From a virus, in IMG/VR virus record IMGVR_UViG_3300033552_000001, positions 32,001 through 96,000 of that record: DNA of 64,000 nt; one strand, given 5' to 3'. Numbering within the stretch: position 1 is the stretch's first letter; each line of letters begins with the position of its first letter. Below, one piece after another: positions 1-10,314 of the stretch. Below the pieces are notes generated by a model. That model searched no databases and was not told the origin of the DNA. It saw only the letters and a list, made by a program, of their open reading frames with translations. Made by a program: the position numbers and the translations under genes.

Positions 1-1
1 T

Positions 2-1105
2 GTTACAGTGACAGCTAATTCTCCTAGTGGTAAAGTATTAAGATATGGTGTTTTAGGATTTGTAGGATTTCAAACAAGTAATATATTTAATTTACCAAAC
101 AGTGATGTTAATGGATATACTTTCCAAGTAGTTGAATTAGGAAATGAAACTGATTGTAGAATTCAACAAAATAGAATGGTTTCTTGTGTTCCAACTACAC
201 CTGTTCCTCCTGCTACAACTTGTAATTTATTAATTAATAATGTTAATGTAGTTTGTAATTCAGCTAATAATGCTACCTTAACAGTAGTTGTTTCCAATCC
301 TAGTAATTATGTATTGCAGTATCAAATTGATAATTTAATAACTTGGCAAGACAGTAATGTATTTACTGGAATAACTAACAATGGAACTGGTTATGTTGTA
401 AGAGCAAGAAATAAAAATAACATAAGCTGTTCTGTTTCTAAAAACAATGTTTATGTAGATTGTCAAAATATACCAACTAATTGTGTTCAATTAACTAATT
501 TAGTAATATCAGGAAACAATTCAGTTGTTCCAAATAGTCAAAACAGTTATACAAGTAGTTATGCTGGTGCAGCACCTTACAGTTATGCATGGAGTATTTC
601 AGGTCAAGGAGTTTCAGTTGTAGGAGGTAGTAATGCTAGTTTTGCAACTTTCCAAATGGGAAATAGTAATGGTATAATAACACTCACTGTGACTGGATGT
701 GGAAATCCTGTAACAACTGAATTTATTTATGGATTACAAGCTACTCCAACACCAACACCAACTTCTTGTATTTGTACTGATTTAAATTTGTTAGATGGTG
801 GTGCAGTAGAAGCCTTTAGAGGTGGAAATAACGGAACACAAGATATAATTACTGTTCAAGTTCCTTATGATTTTAGTTCTAATTGTGGGGTTGTTAGAGC
901 AAATAGTTATACATTAAATGTTTATAATGGTACTACTTTATTAGGAACTATTAGTGAATCATTTCCTTTTGAAAATGCAGACCTTACAAAGTCATTCACT
1001 GTGCTTACTCCTACTACTGCAACAAGTTTAATTATGGAACTTAGTGCTGTATGTTTCTATGGACAATCTATTACATCAAGAAGAACATATCCTATTTTAC
1101 CATAA
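2..1105 (+). CDS. Virion/tail-associated beta-rich protein with PKD/Ig-like segments and a Pro-Thr linker; 5' end truncated by the window edge
   Basis: Frame is open from base 2 (gtt aca gtg...). Thr/Asn/Val/Cys-rich, PKD-like stretch YAGAAPYSYAWSISG, linker ATPTPTPT. Lies directly upstream of the tail module. Confidence 0.6.
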   Translation, partial: VTVTANSPSGKVLRYGVLGFVGFQTSNIFNLPNSDVNGYTFQVVELGNETDCRIQQNRMVSCVPTTPVPPATTCNLLINNVNVVCNSANNATLTVVVSNPSNYVLQYQIDNLITWQDSNVFTGITNNGTGYVVRARNKNNISCSVSKNNVYVDCQNIPTNCVQLTNLVISGNNSVVPNSQNSYTSSYAGAAPYSYAWSISGQGVSVVGGSNASFATFQMGNSNGIITLTVTGCGNPVTTEFIYGLQATPTPTPTSCICTDLNLLDGGAVEAFRGGNNGTQDIITVQVPYDFSSNCGVVRANSYTLNVYNGTTLLGTISESFPFENADLTKSFTVLTPTTATSLIMELSAVCFYGQSITSRRTYPILP

Positions 1106-1133
1106 TAGAATATACATTAAACAATCATAAATT

Positions 1134-2156
1134 ATGTTAGCTTTAGGAATAGCCAAATTAAATAATGTAATAGTAGAAGCTGAAAGACAGCAAATAAAAC
1201 AAGGTATTTTACAAGAATACAATCATAAAAATTTAAATGATGAATCATCAGATAGTCATTATAAAAATAGTTATGGTGGTGAAGTGAAGTTTAATTACAT
1301 CTATGACAGACTTACTGAATATATTTCTACTGTAACAGGACTTAAGCTTGAAAAAGCTAATTGTTACAGTAGAATATATTTTAATGATAGTGTATTAAAA
1401 GCTCATTTAGATAGACCAGGTCTTGATTTAACCTTATCAATTCAAATAGAAAATACTTTTAATGTAGATGTAGAATGTCCAATTTATACAAAAGGTTATG
1501 ATGGTACAATATATGAAACTAAATTAAATAATGCTGATGGTGTATTAGTAAAAGGAACAGAATTAGAACATTGGAGAAATCCAATGACTGAAAATAGTAA
1601 TGGATATTTAATGTGTGTCTTTTTTCATTGGACAATTGTCAAAGTTGAATATCAAGAAGAGCAATTATTTTTATCAGTAGAAGAGTGTGATAGTATTATA
1701 AAGCAAGCAGAACAAAATGAATTTTCAGCAAGTAGTGTATTAGAAGATTATGCTGGTTCTAAAGTTGATGTACATGCAAGAAGTAGTGTTTCAATGAATT
1801 GGATACATAATGTAGAAGATATAAATCAAAAATTACTTCCTTACATTGGAAATTTAAGACTTGAAACTTGGCAATTATTAAAATATGAAAAAGACAATCA
1901 ATTCTCACCTCATTTTGATAATGGAGGTAGTATTGATAAAAGACTATTCACTATTTTAATATATTTAAATGATGACTTTGAAGGAGGTACAACAACTTTT
2001 AATAATGAGAATATTGTATTAACTCCTCAAACAGGAAAGATGGTAATATTTAAAAACTTAAAAAATAGAATAACAGATAATAAAAGTATGCACTCTGGTG
2101 ATGTAATAAAAAGTGGTACAAAGTTTTTGCTTGTAAATTGGAGTAACCTACCATAA
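1134..2156 (+). CDS. Tandem two-domain 2OG-Fe(II) dioxygenase (prolyl-4-hydroxylase-like C-terminal domain)
   Basis: Domain 1: HLD...H(WR). Domain 2: PHFD...RLFTILIYLNDDFEGGTTTF...HSGDVIKSGTK, the HxD...H...K facial triad pattern of P4H-like enzymes. Confidence 0.85.
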   Translation: MLALGIAKLNNVIVEAERQQIKQGILQEYNHKNLNDESSDSHYKNSYGGEVKFNYIYDRLTEYISTVTGLKLEKANCYSRIYFNDSVLKAHLDRPGLDLTLSIQIENTFNVDVECPIYTKGYDGTIYETKLNNADGVLVKGTELEHWRNPMTENSNGYLMCVFFHWTIVKVEYQEEQLFLSVEECDSIIKQAEQNEFSASSVLEDYAGSKVDVHARSSVSMNWIHNVEDINQKLLPYIGNLRLETWQLLKYEKDNQFSPHFDNGGSIDKRLFTILIYLNDDFEGGTTTFNNENIVLTPQTGKMVIFKNLKNRITDNKSMHSGDVIKSGTKFLLVNWSNLP

Positions 2157-2174
2157 TTAGTTTATATTTGTAAG

Positions 2175-2801
2175 ATGAAAGTAAAAGAATTAATATCAAC
2201 TATAAATAATGAAATAAAAGCTATTGGACTTGATGACAGAGTTTCCAATAGATATTTGTATAGTAAGTTTTTACATTATGAATCTTTGTTTATAAAAAGA
2301 GATTCTGATAATAGAAGAATATTTAATAACACTGATTTATTCCATTCTATTCCTTGTTTTGAAATGAAGGAAACTTCACCAGTTGAATGTCCTGGCATTT
2401 ATATTCCTAATTTAGAAATGATTAGTAAAAGTGTTATTCCAGTTCCTGATGTTCACAATTCTATTTATGGAAACATGTTAATTGTCAGTAGTGTAGATGA
2501 AAGTGAAATTTTTAAATTCACTACTCCTCAAAATTATAAAAATATATTAAATAGAGGAATGAACAAGACCAAATATTGCTGGCTTAATGGAAATAATAAT
2601 TTAATTATTCCAGAAGATATTCAAAAAGTAAAGCTTAAACTATTACCAAAAGGAAATATTAAATTAGGAATAAATCAAGAAGTCTTTACCCCAAGTTGGT
2701 TAATAGGAGATGTGATTAAGTTTGTCATACAAGATGTAAGAAATGCTAAATCAATTCCAATGGATGAAAATCCAAATATGAATAATAATTTAAAACAATA
2801 A
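2175..2801 (+). CDS. Putative tail ring/connector protein (crAss-like)
   Basis: Position just upstream of the IHF-like, tail tubular and stabilisation genes; size and helical N-terminus fit Crassvirales ring proteins. Mainly synteny. Confidence 0.55.
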   Translation: MKVKELISTINNEIKAIGLDDRVSNRYLYSKFLHYESLFIKRDSDNRRIFNNTDLFHSIPCFEMKETSPVECPGIYIPNLEMISKSVIPVPDVHNSIYGNMLIVSSVDESEIFKFTTPQNYKNILNRGMNKTKYCWLNGNNNLIIPEDIQKVKLKLLPKGNIKLGINQEVFTPSWLIGDVIKFVIQDVRNAKSIPMDENPNMNNNLKQ

Positions 2802-2805
2802 CAAC

Positions 2806-3261
2806 ATGTTAGTATTTGGTAATTTAGAAGCTTATAAACAAAAATTTCCAAAAGAAGATCCTTTGTTAATAAAGAAAATTGTACAACAAAGTAATTTATT
2901 AATTGGAAAAAAGATATTAGCAGGTGAAGATTTCTTAATGCCTGAATCACTTGGAATAATATTTGTAGCAAAAGAAAAGACTAAAAAAGTATTTGATTAT
3001 ATTACTTTCTGTAAAACAGGAGTAATGAAAACTTTAAACAACTTTAAAACTTTTGGATTCCTGTATAAAGTAATGTGGTTTAAAGGATATAAGAATAAAA
3101 AAGCTCACATTTTATATAATGTTTATAAATTTAAAGCTAATAGAGTAGAAGTAACAAGACCTCTTTCTAAAATATTGCAAGCTGGCAATGATTATTACAA
3201 AGAAATGGAATATGTAAAAAGATTTTATAATGGAAATAAAACAAAAGTTTCAAAGCAGTGA
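2806..3261 (+). CDS. IHF/HU-like DNA-binding protein of the crAss-like tail module
   Basis: Basic 151-aa protein with MPESLGIIFV, resembling the HU/IHF beta-arm start; occupies the conserved Crassvirales slot between ring genes. Confidence 0.55.
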   Translation: MLVFGNLEAYKQKFPKEDPLLIKKIVQQSNLLIGKKILAGEDFLMPESLGIIFVAKEKTKKVFDYITFCKTGVMKTLNNFKTFGFLYKVMWFKGYKNKKAHILYNVYKFKANRVEVTRPLSKILQAGNDYYKEMEYVKRFYNGNKTKVSKQ

Positions 3262-4060
3262 TATTTTAATATCAAGAGTAAAAGAGAATTTATCTTCTTA
3301 TGATAATGCAGGCATTATTGATGAAGGTAAATTTTATTTTTTAATTAAAGATGAGCTTAGACTTTTAGGAGAGTATGTTTATATTACTAAAACAGATGTG
3401 GTAACACTTAACAATAAAAAAGCACTGTTACCAAAAGACTTTATACAACTTTATGCTTTGTATAATGTAGATGCTGTTTCTAAAAAAGTAAGTGTTGAAG
3501 GTCAATTACTACCTAAGATTACTTATAAAGCTGAATTTATGAATATTGAAACTTGTAAAACAGATGAATATATTGTAACAGAATCTGCTTTCTTTAATCA
3601 TGAATATAACAGTAGAAGTAAAGGAAAGTTATTAAAATACAACAGTAAAGTAAATACAGACTTGTGTTATAAATACAGTCCTAATTTTACAAGTACTTCT
3701 GCTAATGAATTTAACATTGATAAGAATTACATTTACACTAATTTAACTGATGGTGATTTGTATTTAGAATATTTAGCATTTCCTTATGATGAAGAAGGTT
3801 TTCCAATGATTCCTGATGAATCTAAAATTGAAAAGACCATTGAGAATAGACTTATGTTTGAAGTATTTAGAGATTTTTATATAAATGATATAACTAATAA
3901 TGCTTTGCAGAAAATGCAGTATTTTCAAGCTGAATATAATCTTGCTCACAAGATAGCATTAAATCATGTAAAACTTCCTTCATTTCAACAAATGACAGAA
4001 ATGGCTTACAAGAATGTAAACAAGTTTAGTAGAATAAAAAATATGGTGTATGGCAGATAA
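3230..4060 (+). CDS. Tail tubular/ring protein (crAss-like Ttub)
   Basis: C-terminal GDLYLEYLAFPYDEEGFPMIPD...IE segment is typical of crAss-like tail tube/ring proteins; immediately precedes the muzzle gene. Confidence 0.7.
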   Translation: MEIKQKFQSSDILISRVKENLSSYDNAGIIDEGKFYFLIKDELRLLGEYVYITKTDVVTLNNKKALLPKDFIQLYALYNVDAVSKKVSVEGQLLPKITYKAEFMNIETCKTDEYIVTESAFFNHEYNSRSKGKLLKYNSKVNTDLCYKYSPNFTSTSANEFNIDKNYIYTNLTDGDLYLEYLAFPYDEEGFPMIPDESKIEKTIENRLMFEVFRDFYINDITNNALQKMQYFQAEYNLAHKIALNHVKLPSFQQMTEMAYKNVNKFSRIKNMVYGR

Positions 4061-7000
4061 TAACAATTCAATTATAATTCCTCAAATAGGAATGCAAAAA
4101 GATAAGGATATTCTTACCAAAGATTCTCAAGAATATACTCATGCTTTAAATGCAGTGATTGAAAGTTGGGATGGACATTCTTTTTCTTTACAAAATGAAT
4201 CAAGTGATATATTATGTTTGTCTTTAATTCAAAAAGTAATTGGTACATTACAAATTCCTTCTTTAAATAAAACTATTCTTTTTACTACTGATTCAAAAGG
4301 TGATGATAATATATTAATATTTGATGATATAGTAGTAGAGAAAATTAACATCACTTTAAATCAAGAAGAAAATTGTATTCTATCCTCTTTACAAAATCAA
4401 AAACAAACTGATAAAGTAGTTCCTAAGAAAATAGCAACTGCTAATTTTGGATGGAACATTTCTAATAAAGTAAACATTAAATATAAACTAACTGATTGTA
4501 CTTTAAATTTATATTTTGTTGATGGAGTAAATCCAGATAGATTTATTTATTTCTCCTTACCTAATTACTTAGTATTAGAAGACTTTAAACAAATTAATAC
4601 CTTAACTATTGGTACTTGTGATGAAGTGTATTTTGATATAATTGATGTAGATAAAACTAATTTCAATCAAAACATTTCTTATCCTACCATCTCATTAACA
4701 GAAGAAACTGGTGGAACTTTACAAGAAGGTGTATATCAAATATTTACAGCTTACAGTACATCAAAAGGAATACCTCTTTCATCTTATAATAATTCACAAC
4801 CTTTTCCAATATTTGAAAAACAAATAAAAGAAATAGAAGGGATTGCTTATGATACAAATAAAGCAATTAAAATTACTATTAATGATATTTCTTTAAACTC
4901 TATTTATAAATACTTAAACATTGCTGTAGGGATTACAATAAACAATTACACTTCTTATTTTAGTGTTACAACAGTTCCTATTACTGCTACAATCACTTAT
5001 ATTTATAATAGTAATTTAAATAATATTGCTTCATCAGAACAAGAAATATTAGCTAAATATCCTTATTATGAAAATAGTAAATTAATAGAAACTGGAAATA
5101 ATTATTTATTCAAAGCAAAGGTTGCAGAATTTGATAAAATAAATGTTCAAAGAATTGCTAATTTATTACAATTAGAAGCAGTCACTATTAAAGTAGATGC
5201 TGAATTTTATAAGAAACCTGAAAACTCTCACAAGTATAAATCTTATTTAAGAGATGAAGTATATGTATTTGGACTAGAATTAATAACCAAAGAAGGTGAA
5301 GTTTCTGGAGTTGCAACAATTCCAAATAGACCTCCTAATAATTTAGATTTAACAACAGTTAATAATAATGATGTATTAAATTTAAATAAATCTTTTCATT
5401 GGCAAGTATATAACACTGGATATAAAACATCTTCACCTCATACAACAGAAGTGTGGGAAACATTTGATTTTGCTTATTATCAATCAACTGAAAAATACCC
5501 TAACAATAAAGAAATATATGGAGATTTATGTGGAGAGTATATAAGACTTCATAAATTCCCTGATTGTAGTGTTAGTCACATTCATGATGGAAAGGCAGTA
5601 GAAGTAGCTGGAACATATAATAAAGAAGTGAATTTATTCCCAATGGGAGTAAGAATTAAAAATGCTAATCAAATTGCAAACATCTTAGACTTCTGTGCAA
5701 GTGAGAAAATAATATCACAAAAGCAAAGAGATAGAATTATTGGATATAGATTGGTTAGGGTTAATAGAGCTGGTAATAAATCTATTGTTGCCAAAGGTCT
5801 TTTATATGATATGTGGAATTATGAAAAACCTTCTGTGTATGATGAAAAAGATACTTGTTCTACTAAGAATAAATACTATTATCCTAGTATTGGATTTAAT
5901 GATTTAAGAACAGATCCTTTTATTTCAACTAATGCCAATCATTATAAATATGAAAACTTTGATAAAGGTATTCAAATTCCAGCAGCACATGGATTTGAAG
6001 CAACAGGAAAATATACATTTCATTCTCCAGATACTTCTTTTGTTTCTCCAACCTTAGGAACTGTATTAAAAATTGAAACAGAAGAATATGGAGAAAGTAA
6101 AGGCTTTTTTAATGTAGCTGAAAATCAAGCACAATATAAACTGCTTACTTATAATCATTATAATGTAGCCACTTTAATAGCTAGATTTATTGGTAATAAC
6201 ACTATTCATAAATCAGATAATGCAAGTGGTACTGGACAAGCCATTGGCTCTTCATTAGGAGGTATTATTGGTAGTGCTATTCCAGGAGTAGGAACTGCTA
6301 TTGGAGGAATTGCAGGAGGACTTATTGGAACTTTAGCAGGAGGTAATAATGATGTTACTTCTTCATTACAAAGAAATGCAACTATATTATTTCAAACAGA
6401 AAAGCTTTTACAATTATTTAAAAACCTTTCTGATTATGAAAAATTACAATATCAATATCAAGCAGTAGGTAAGTATAAAGGATATACAACTATTCCTAAT
6501 GCTGGTAATAAACAAAGAAAAGTATTAACAAGTTCTTATTTAAATTCAACAAAACAAAGCCTTGAAGGAAATATATTAGTTAATAATAGTTTTAGAGAGT
6601 CTTCTGTTTATTTACAATTAGATGGTAAATTACTTCCTTCTTGTACTGTTGAAGATAAAAGTAAAAATAAATTAACAGATAGTATTTCTACTCCTTCAAC
6701 TAATCAATGTAAGAAATATAAGGTTGTTTTGAATGGACAAAATCTTCCAAATCAAGCAGGTATTTATGTTGCTTATCAAGATTGTTTAGGAATTCCTCAA
6801 AGGTATGTTACTTTAATAGCAGAAACAATAACTATATTAGCTTCTGTACCTCCATTGACATCTTCAATAATGACTGTTACAGAAATAACACCATGTCCAG
6901 AATGTCAACAAACAGTTTACACTGTTAAAGATTGTGATTGTAAAGGAGTTGAAATGACAGCTCCAATTTCATCTTATTATGGAAGTATTAAGAATGAAAA

Positions 7001-9107
7001 ATCAAATCAATATGGAGCTATTAATGGAATGCAATACATTGATATTACTAATGGTGAAGTAACTAAATTAACAGAAAATAAAATATATTTTGGTGGTGAT
7101 ACTTTTATAACACCATTTGCTTTTAAAAGAAAACATTCTTATTTTAATAGCACTTCTTTTGGTTTACCAGATGATACTGATATGTATTATCAAGACTTAG
7201 GTAATGTTGGTTATCCAACTTATTTCTTTAATACAAAAGAAACTAACAGAGATATAAAACCATCTACTAATTTACTATTTGATTTATTTCAATTTGGTAA
7301 TTTTGCAGGTAGCACTTATAATTTCTGGGGTAGTTTATTTGGTAATAATCAATTTGATTCTGCTAAAAATATATTAAATAACTTTTCAGCATTTGCTTTT
7401 GACCCTTTGTTATGGATTAAAGCTCCTAATTTCTATTTAGATTGTTATGATAATAATATTAAATCTAAACCTTTAAAACTGTTTTCTTTTAAAGCAGTCA
7501 AGGGTATCATGTATTTATATAATTATGCTATTCCTTATTTTTATTGTGAATCAGATATTAATACTTTTTACAGACATGGTAAAAATAATAAAGAATATGA
7601 TTTTTATCCACATCAAGCAGATTTGAATTATTGGCTACAAGAGAAGAATGTTGCCATAAATCAAGATAATTTTTACTTCTATGACAAAACTTATAGCAAG
7701 CAAAATAAAGAAGGTTTTCATTATGTAAATGATATAAACTTTCAACCATACAAAGAATGTAAAACTATTCACAATAATAGAATTATTTATTCTATGCAAG
7801 GTGGTGAGATTGATGATTCAGATTTAAAGGATAGTTATCTAATTAATAAAGCCTTAGATGCTCATGATTTTACTTTGGTAAATGGTGAGCTTACAGGACT
7901 GCATGAAATAGAAAGTGAGAAGTTGTTAGTAACATTTGAAAATAATACACAAGTGTTTTCAGCTTTCAGTACTATTGAAACTTCAGGGGGTGTTGCTCAA
8001 TTAGGTAATGGAGGATTGTTTAGAAATAAACCACAAGAGTTTTCAAAGAGTGAACTTGGATATATTGGTAGTCAACATAATAATATTAAATCAACAGAAT
8101 TTGGTCATATATTAATAGATGCTAAAAGAGGACAAGTGTTTTTAATAGGAACTAATGGTAGTGGAATTAAAGAACTTAGTAAAGATGGGATGAGAAATTG
8201 GATGAAAACTTATTTACCATTTACTATTGATAAATACTTTAAAGAAATAGACATTGACCAAAGTTATAATGGAATTGGTATTTCTGTTTGTTATGATAAA
8301 AAATGGCATAGAGTGTTAATTACTAAATTAGACTACCAACCAAAGTTTAAAGAAATAGTGTATAAAAATAATCAATTTTATTACGGAATACTTCCTGTTA
8401 AATTAACTGATATAAAGTATTTTTATAATAAGTCATTCACTATTTCTTATAATTTTAATTCAACTAATTGGACATCATTTCATTCTTATCTCCCAAGTTA
8501 TTACATTGAGAATAATAATTATTTCTTGGCTGGTAATAATAATACTAATAAAATATGGGGACATAATTTAATTGTAAACTCTCATCAAGTCTTTGAAGGA
8601 AAGTTATATCCATTTGAAGTTGAATTAAATGACAAGTATTCAATGGTAAATAAACAATTACAATCTGTAAATTATTTATTAGATTCTATTGTTTACAAAG
8701 ACAATAATCCTATCTACAATAAGGTAGGAATGAATAAAGCTATTATTTATAATGACCATCAAACTACTGGAACATTATTATTAGAAAGTACTAATAATGA
8801 TAATTTGTTTTTAAATAAAAATTATCCTATATTAGAGCCAGAAATTACCAAAGTATTGCAAACAAAGAAAGAGAATATATTTTCATTTAATCAATTTAAA
8901 AATAGAAAATTTAATAATGAAAGTAATTTCTTACAAGAAAAGAATGGTGTTACAAAACATGTAAATTTAAAAACAATAGGAATTAATTATAATTACAACC
9001 CTATTACTGGTAAAACAAATACAATAAAATTAATACAAGATAAATACAGCAACTATAAATTAATATTTAAATTGGCTTCCTTCAAAACAAATAATTCAAT
9101 TAGATAA
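4050..9107 (+). CDS. Muzzle / tail stabilisation protein (P22 gp10-like, crAss Tstab)
   Basis: 1685 aa. N-terminal GMQKD...YTHALNA, central SYLRDEVYVFG...PNR, LYFGGDTFI, C-terminal YIGSQH...DAKRGQVF and WTSFHSYLP blocks characteristic of crAss-like stabilisation proteins. Confidence 0.8.
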   Translation: MADNNNSIIIPQIGMQKDKDILTKDSQEYTHALNAVIESWDGHSFSLQNESSDILCLSLIQKVIGTLQIPSLNKTILFTTDSKGDDNILIFDDIVVEKINITLNQEENCILSSLQNQKQTDKVVPKKIATANFGWNISNKVNIKYKLTDCTLNLYFVDGVNPDRFIYFSLPNYLVLEDFKQINTLTIGTCDEVYFDIIDVDKTNFNQNISYPTISLTEETGGTLQEGVYQIFTAYSTSKGIPLSSYNNSQPFPIFEKQIKEIEGIAYDTNKAIKITINDISLNSIYKYLNIAVGITINNYTSYFSVTTVPITATITYIYNSNLNNIASSEQEILAKYPYYENSKLIETGNNYLFKAKVAEFDKINVQRIANLLQLEAVTIKVDAEFYKKPENSHKYKSYLRDEVYVFGLELITKEGEVSGVATIPNRPPNNLDLTTVNNNDVLNLNKSFHWQVYNTGYKTSSPHTTEVWETFDFAYYQSTEKYPNNKEIYGDLCGEYIRLHKFPDCSVSHIHDGKAVEVAGTYNKEVNLFPMGVRIKNANQIANILDFCASEKIISQKQRDRIIGYRLVRVNRAGNKSIVAKGLLYDMWNYEKPSVYDEKDTCSTKNKYYYPSIGFNDLRTDPFISTNANHYKYENFDKGIQIPAAHGFEATGKYTFHSPDTSFVSPTLGTVLKIETEEYGESKGFFNVAENQAQYKLLTYNHYNVATLIARFIGNNTIHKSDNASGTGQAIGSSLGGIIGSAIPGVGTAIGGIAGGLIGTLAGGNNDVTSSLQRNATILFQTEKLLQLFKNLSDYEKLQYQYQAVGKYKGYTTIPNAGNKQRKVLTSSYLNSTKQSLEGNILVNNSFRESSVYLQLDGKLLPSCTVEDKSKNKLTDSISTPSTNQCKKYKVVLNGQNLPNQAGIYVAYQDCLGIPQRYVTLIAETITILASVPPLTSSIMTVTEITPCPECQQTVYTVKDCDCKGVEMTAPISSYYGSIKNEKSNQYGAINGMQYIDITNGEVTKLTENKIYFGGDTFITPFAFKRKHSYFNSTSFGLPDDTDMYYQDLGNVGYPTYFFNTKETNRDIKPSTNLLFDLFQFGNFAGSTYNFWGSLFGNNQFDSAKNILNNFSAFAFDPLLWIKAPNFYLDCYDNNIKSKPLKLFSFKAVKGIMYLYNYAIPYFYCESDINTFYRHGKNNKEYDFYPHQADLNYWLQEKNVAINQDNFYFYDKTYSKQNKEGFHYVNDINFQPYKECKTIHNNRIIYSMQGGEIDDSDLKDSYLINKALDAHDFTLVNGELTGLHEIESEKLLVTFENNTQVFSAFSTIETSGGVAQLGNGGLFRNKPQEFSKSELGYIGSQHNNIKSTEFGHILIDAKRGQVFLIGTNGSGIKELSKDGMRNWMKTYLPFTIDKYFKEIDIDQSYNGIGISVCYDKKWHRVLITKLDYQPKFKEIVYKNNQFYYGILPVKLTDIKYFYNKSFTISYNFNSTNWTSFHSYLPSYYIENNNYFLAGNNNTNKIWGHNLIVNSHQVFEGKLYPFEVELNDKYSMVNKQLQSVNYLLDSIVYKDNNPIYNKVGMNKAIIYNDHQTTGTLLLESTNNDNLFLNKNYPILEPEITKVLQTKKENIFSFNQFKNRKFNNESNFLQEKNGVTKHVNLKTIGINYNYNPITGKTNTIKLIQDKYSNYKLIFKLASFKTNNSIR

Positions 9108-10066
9108 TGGAACAAGAATATAATGACTATGACACACAAGAAGATGATCAAGAATTAATTGATGATGATTTTGAAATGGAAGCTGATGAAGATGATCCTT
9201 ATTTAAATGATGATGAATTTATGGATTATGGAGATACTGATGATGAAGCTATTTATGAACAATTGTCAAGAAGAAAATCTCCTTACTCTGCTAAATTTCA
9301 CCCTGCTAATTCTTTTACTAATGAATTAGTAGCTAATGAATCTGGTGGTAATTACAGAGCTTTTAATTCTGATGGAGGAGGTGAAGGAGCTGTTGGTAAA
9401 TATCAATTTAGATGGACAGCTCACAAAGATAAAATTAGAAAGTTTGCTGGTGATGCTAATTTATCAAGAGAAGATTTTATAAATAGTCCTCAATTACAAG
9501 ATGATTTTTATGAAAAAGATTGGATTCCTAATTATTTAGAAAAAGATGTAAAGTCATTAAGGAAAATGAATACTGGTTTAAACAATAGTCAATTGTATAA
9601 ATTAGTCCATTTTAGAGGAAAACAAGGAGCTATGAATTATTTAAATGGCACTGATAGTAATCAACCAGAATCTTATAACATGCCAACATCTAAATATATT
9701 GGTATGCAACCAGGAGGATATACCCCACAAGTATTACAAGGTAAACAATATACTCCTTTTAAAACTAAATTTACAGGACAGGAAATTCCAGGTCTTAATA
9801 TACCACCACTTGGTGAATCAGAAAATGATGGATTTAATTTTGAAGGTATTGGAAACACTATAATGAAAGGAGTTGATGTAATGAATGAAATTGGTAATAA
9901 TGCAGCACAAGGACTTTCACAAGGTATAGATATGGCAGAACAATTTACTTCTGCTCAAATTGAAAATCAGAATAAAAGAAAAAGAATGCAAATGCTTTAT
10001 GAAGATGATGTAAATAATTATAACACATCTTCACAAAGAATAAACAATAACCCAATACTAACATGA
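9107..10066 (+). CDS. Virion-associated lysozyme/transglycosylase-like protein with very acidic N-terminus
   Basis: Catalytic-type ES motif LVANESGGNY...GAVGKYQF of lysozyme-fold enzymes; first about 50 aa are Asp/Glu-rich; contains MQPGG. Confidence 0.7.
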   Translation: MEQEYNDYDTQEDDQELIDDDFEMEADEDDPYLNDDEFMDYGDTDDEAIYEQLSRRKSPYSAKFHPANSFTNELVANESGGNYRAFNSDGGGEGAVGKYQFRWTAHKDKIRKFAGDANLSREDFINSPQLQDDFYEKDWIPNYLEKDVKSLRKMNTGLNNSQLYKLVHFRGKQGAMNYLNGTDSNQPESYNMPTSKYIGMQPGGYTPQVLQGKQYTPFKTKFTGQEIPGLNIPPLGESENDGFNFEGIGNTIMKGVDVMNEIGNNAAQGLSQGIDMAEQFTSAQIENQNKRKRMQMLYEDDVNNYNTSSQRINNNPILT

Positions 10067-10314
10067 TGGAAAGCATAGAAATTGATTTGAAAGAACAGTA
10101 TGTTAAAATGGCAAATGCTTATTCTAAACAAAAAAGTCTTCAAGAAAAAAGAGAAGATAATAGAAAGGATATTGATTTATTAATGGAAGTGTTAGGACAT
10201 CATACAGTGTCTAAATCTGCATCTGAAGAAACAACTTGTGAATTTATTATATTTGATCACAAGGATAGAAATATTATTATAAATAAATTATTATCTAAAA
10301 TAGAATTACTATAA
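10063..10314 (+). CDS. Small hypothetical protein
   Basis: 83-aa ORF coupled to neighbours by ATGA and TAATG overlaps. Confidence 0.6.
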   Translation: MMESIEIDLKEQYVKMANAYSKQKSLQEKREDNRKDIDLLMEVLGHHTVSKSASEETTCEFIIFDHKDRNIIINKLLSKIELL

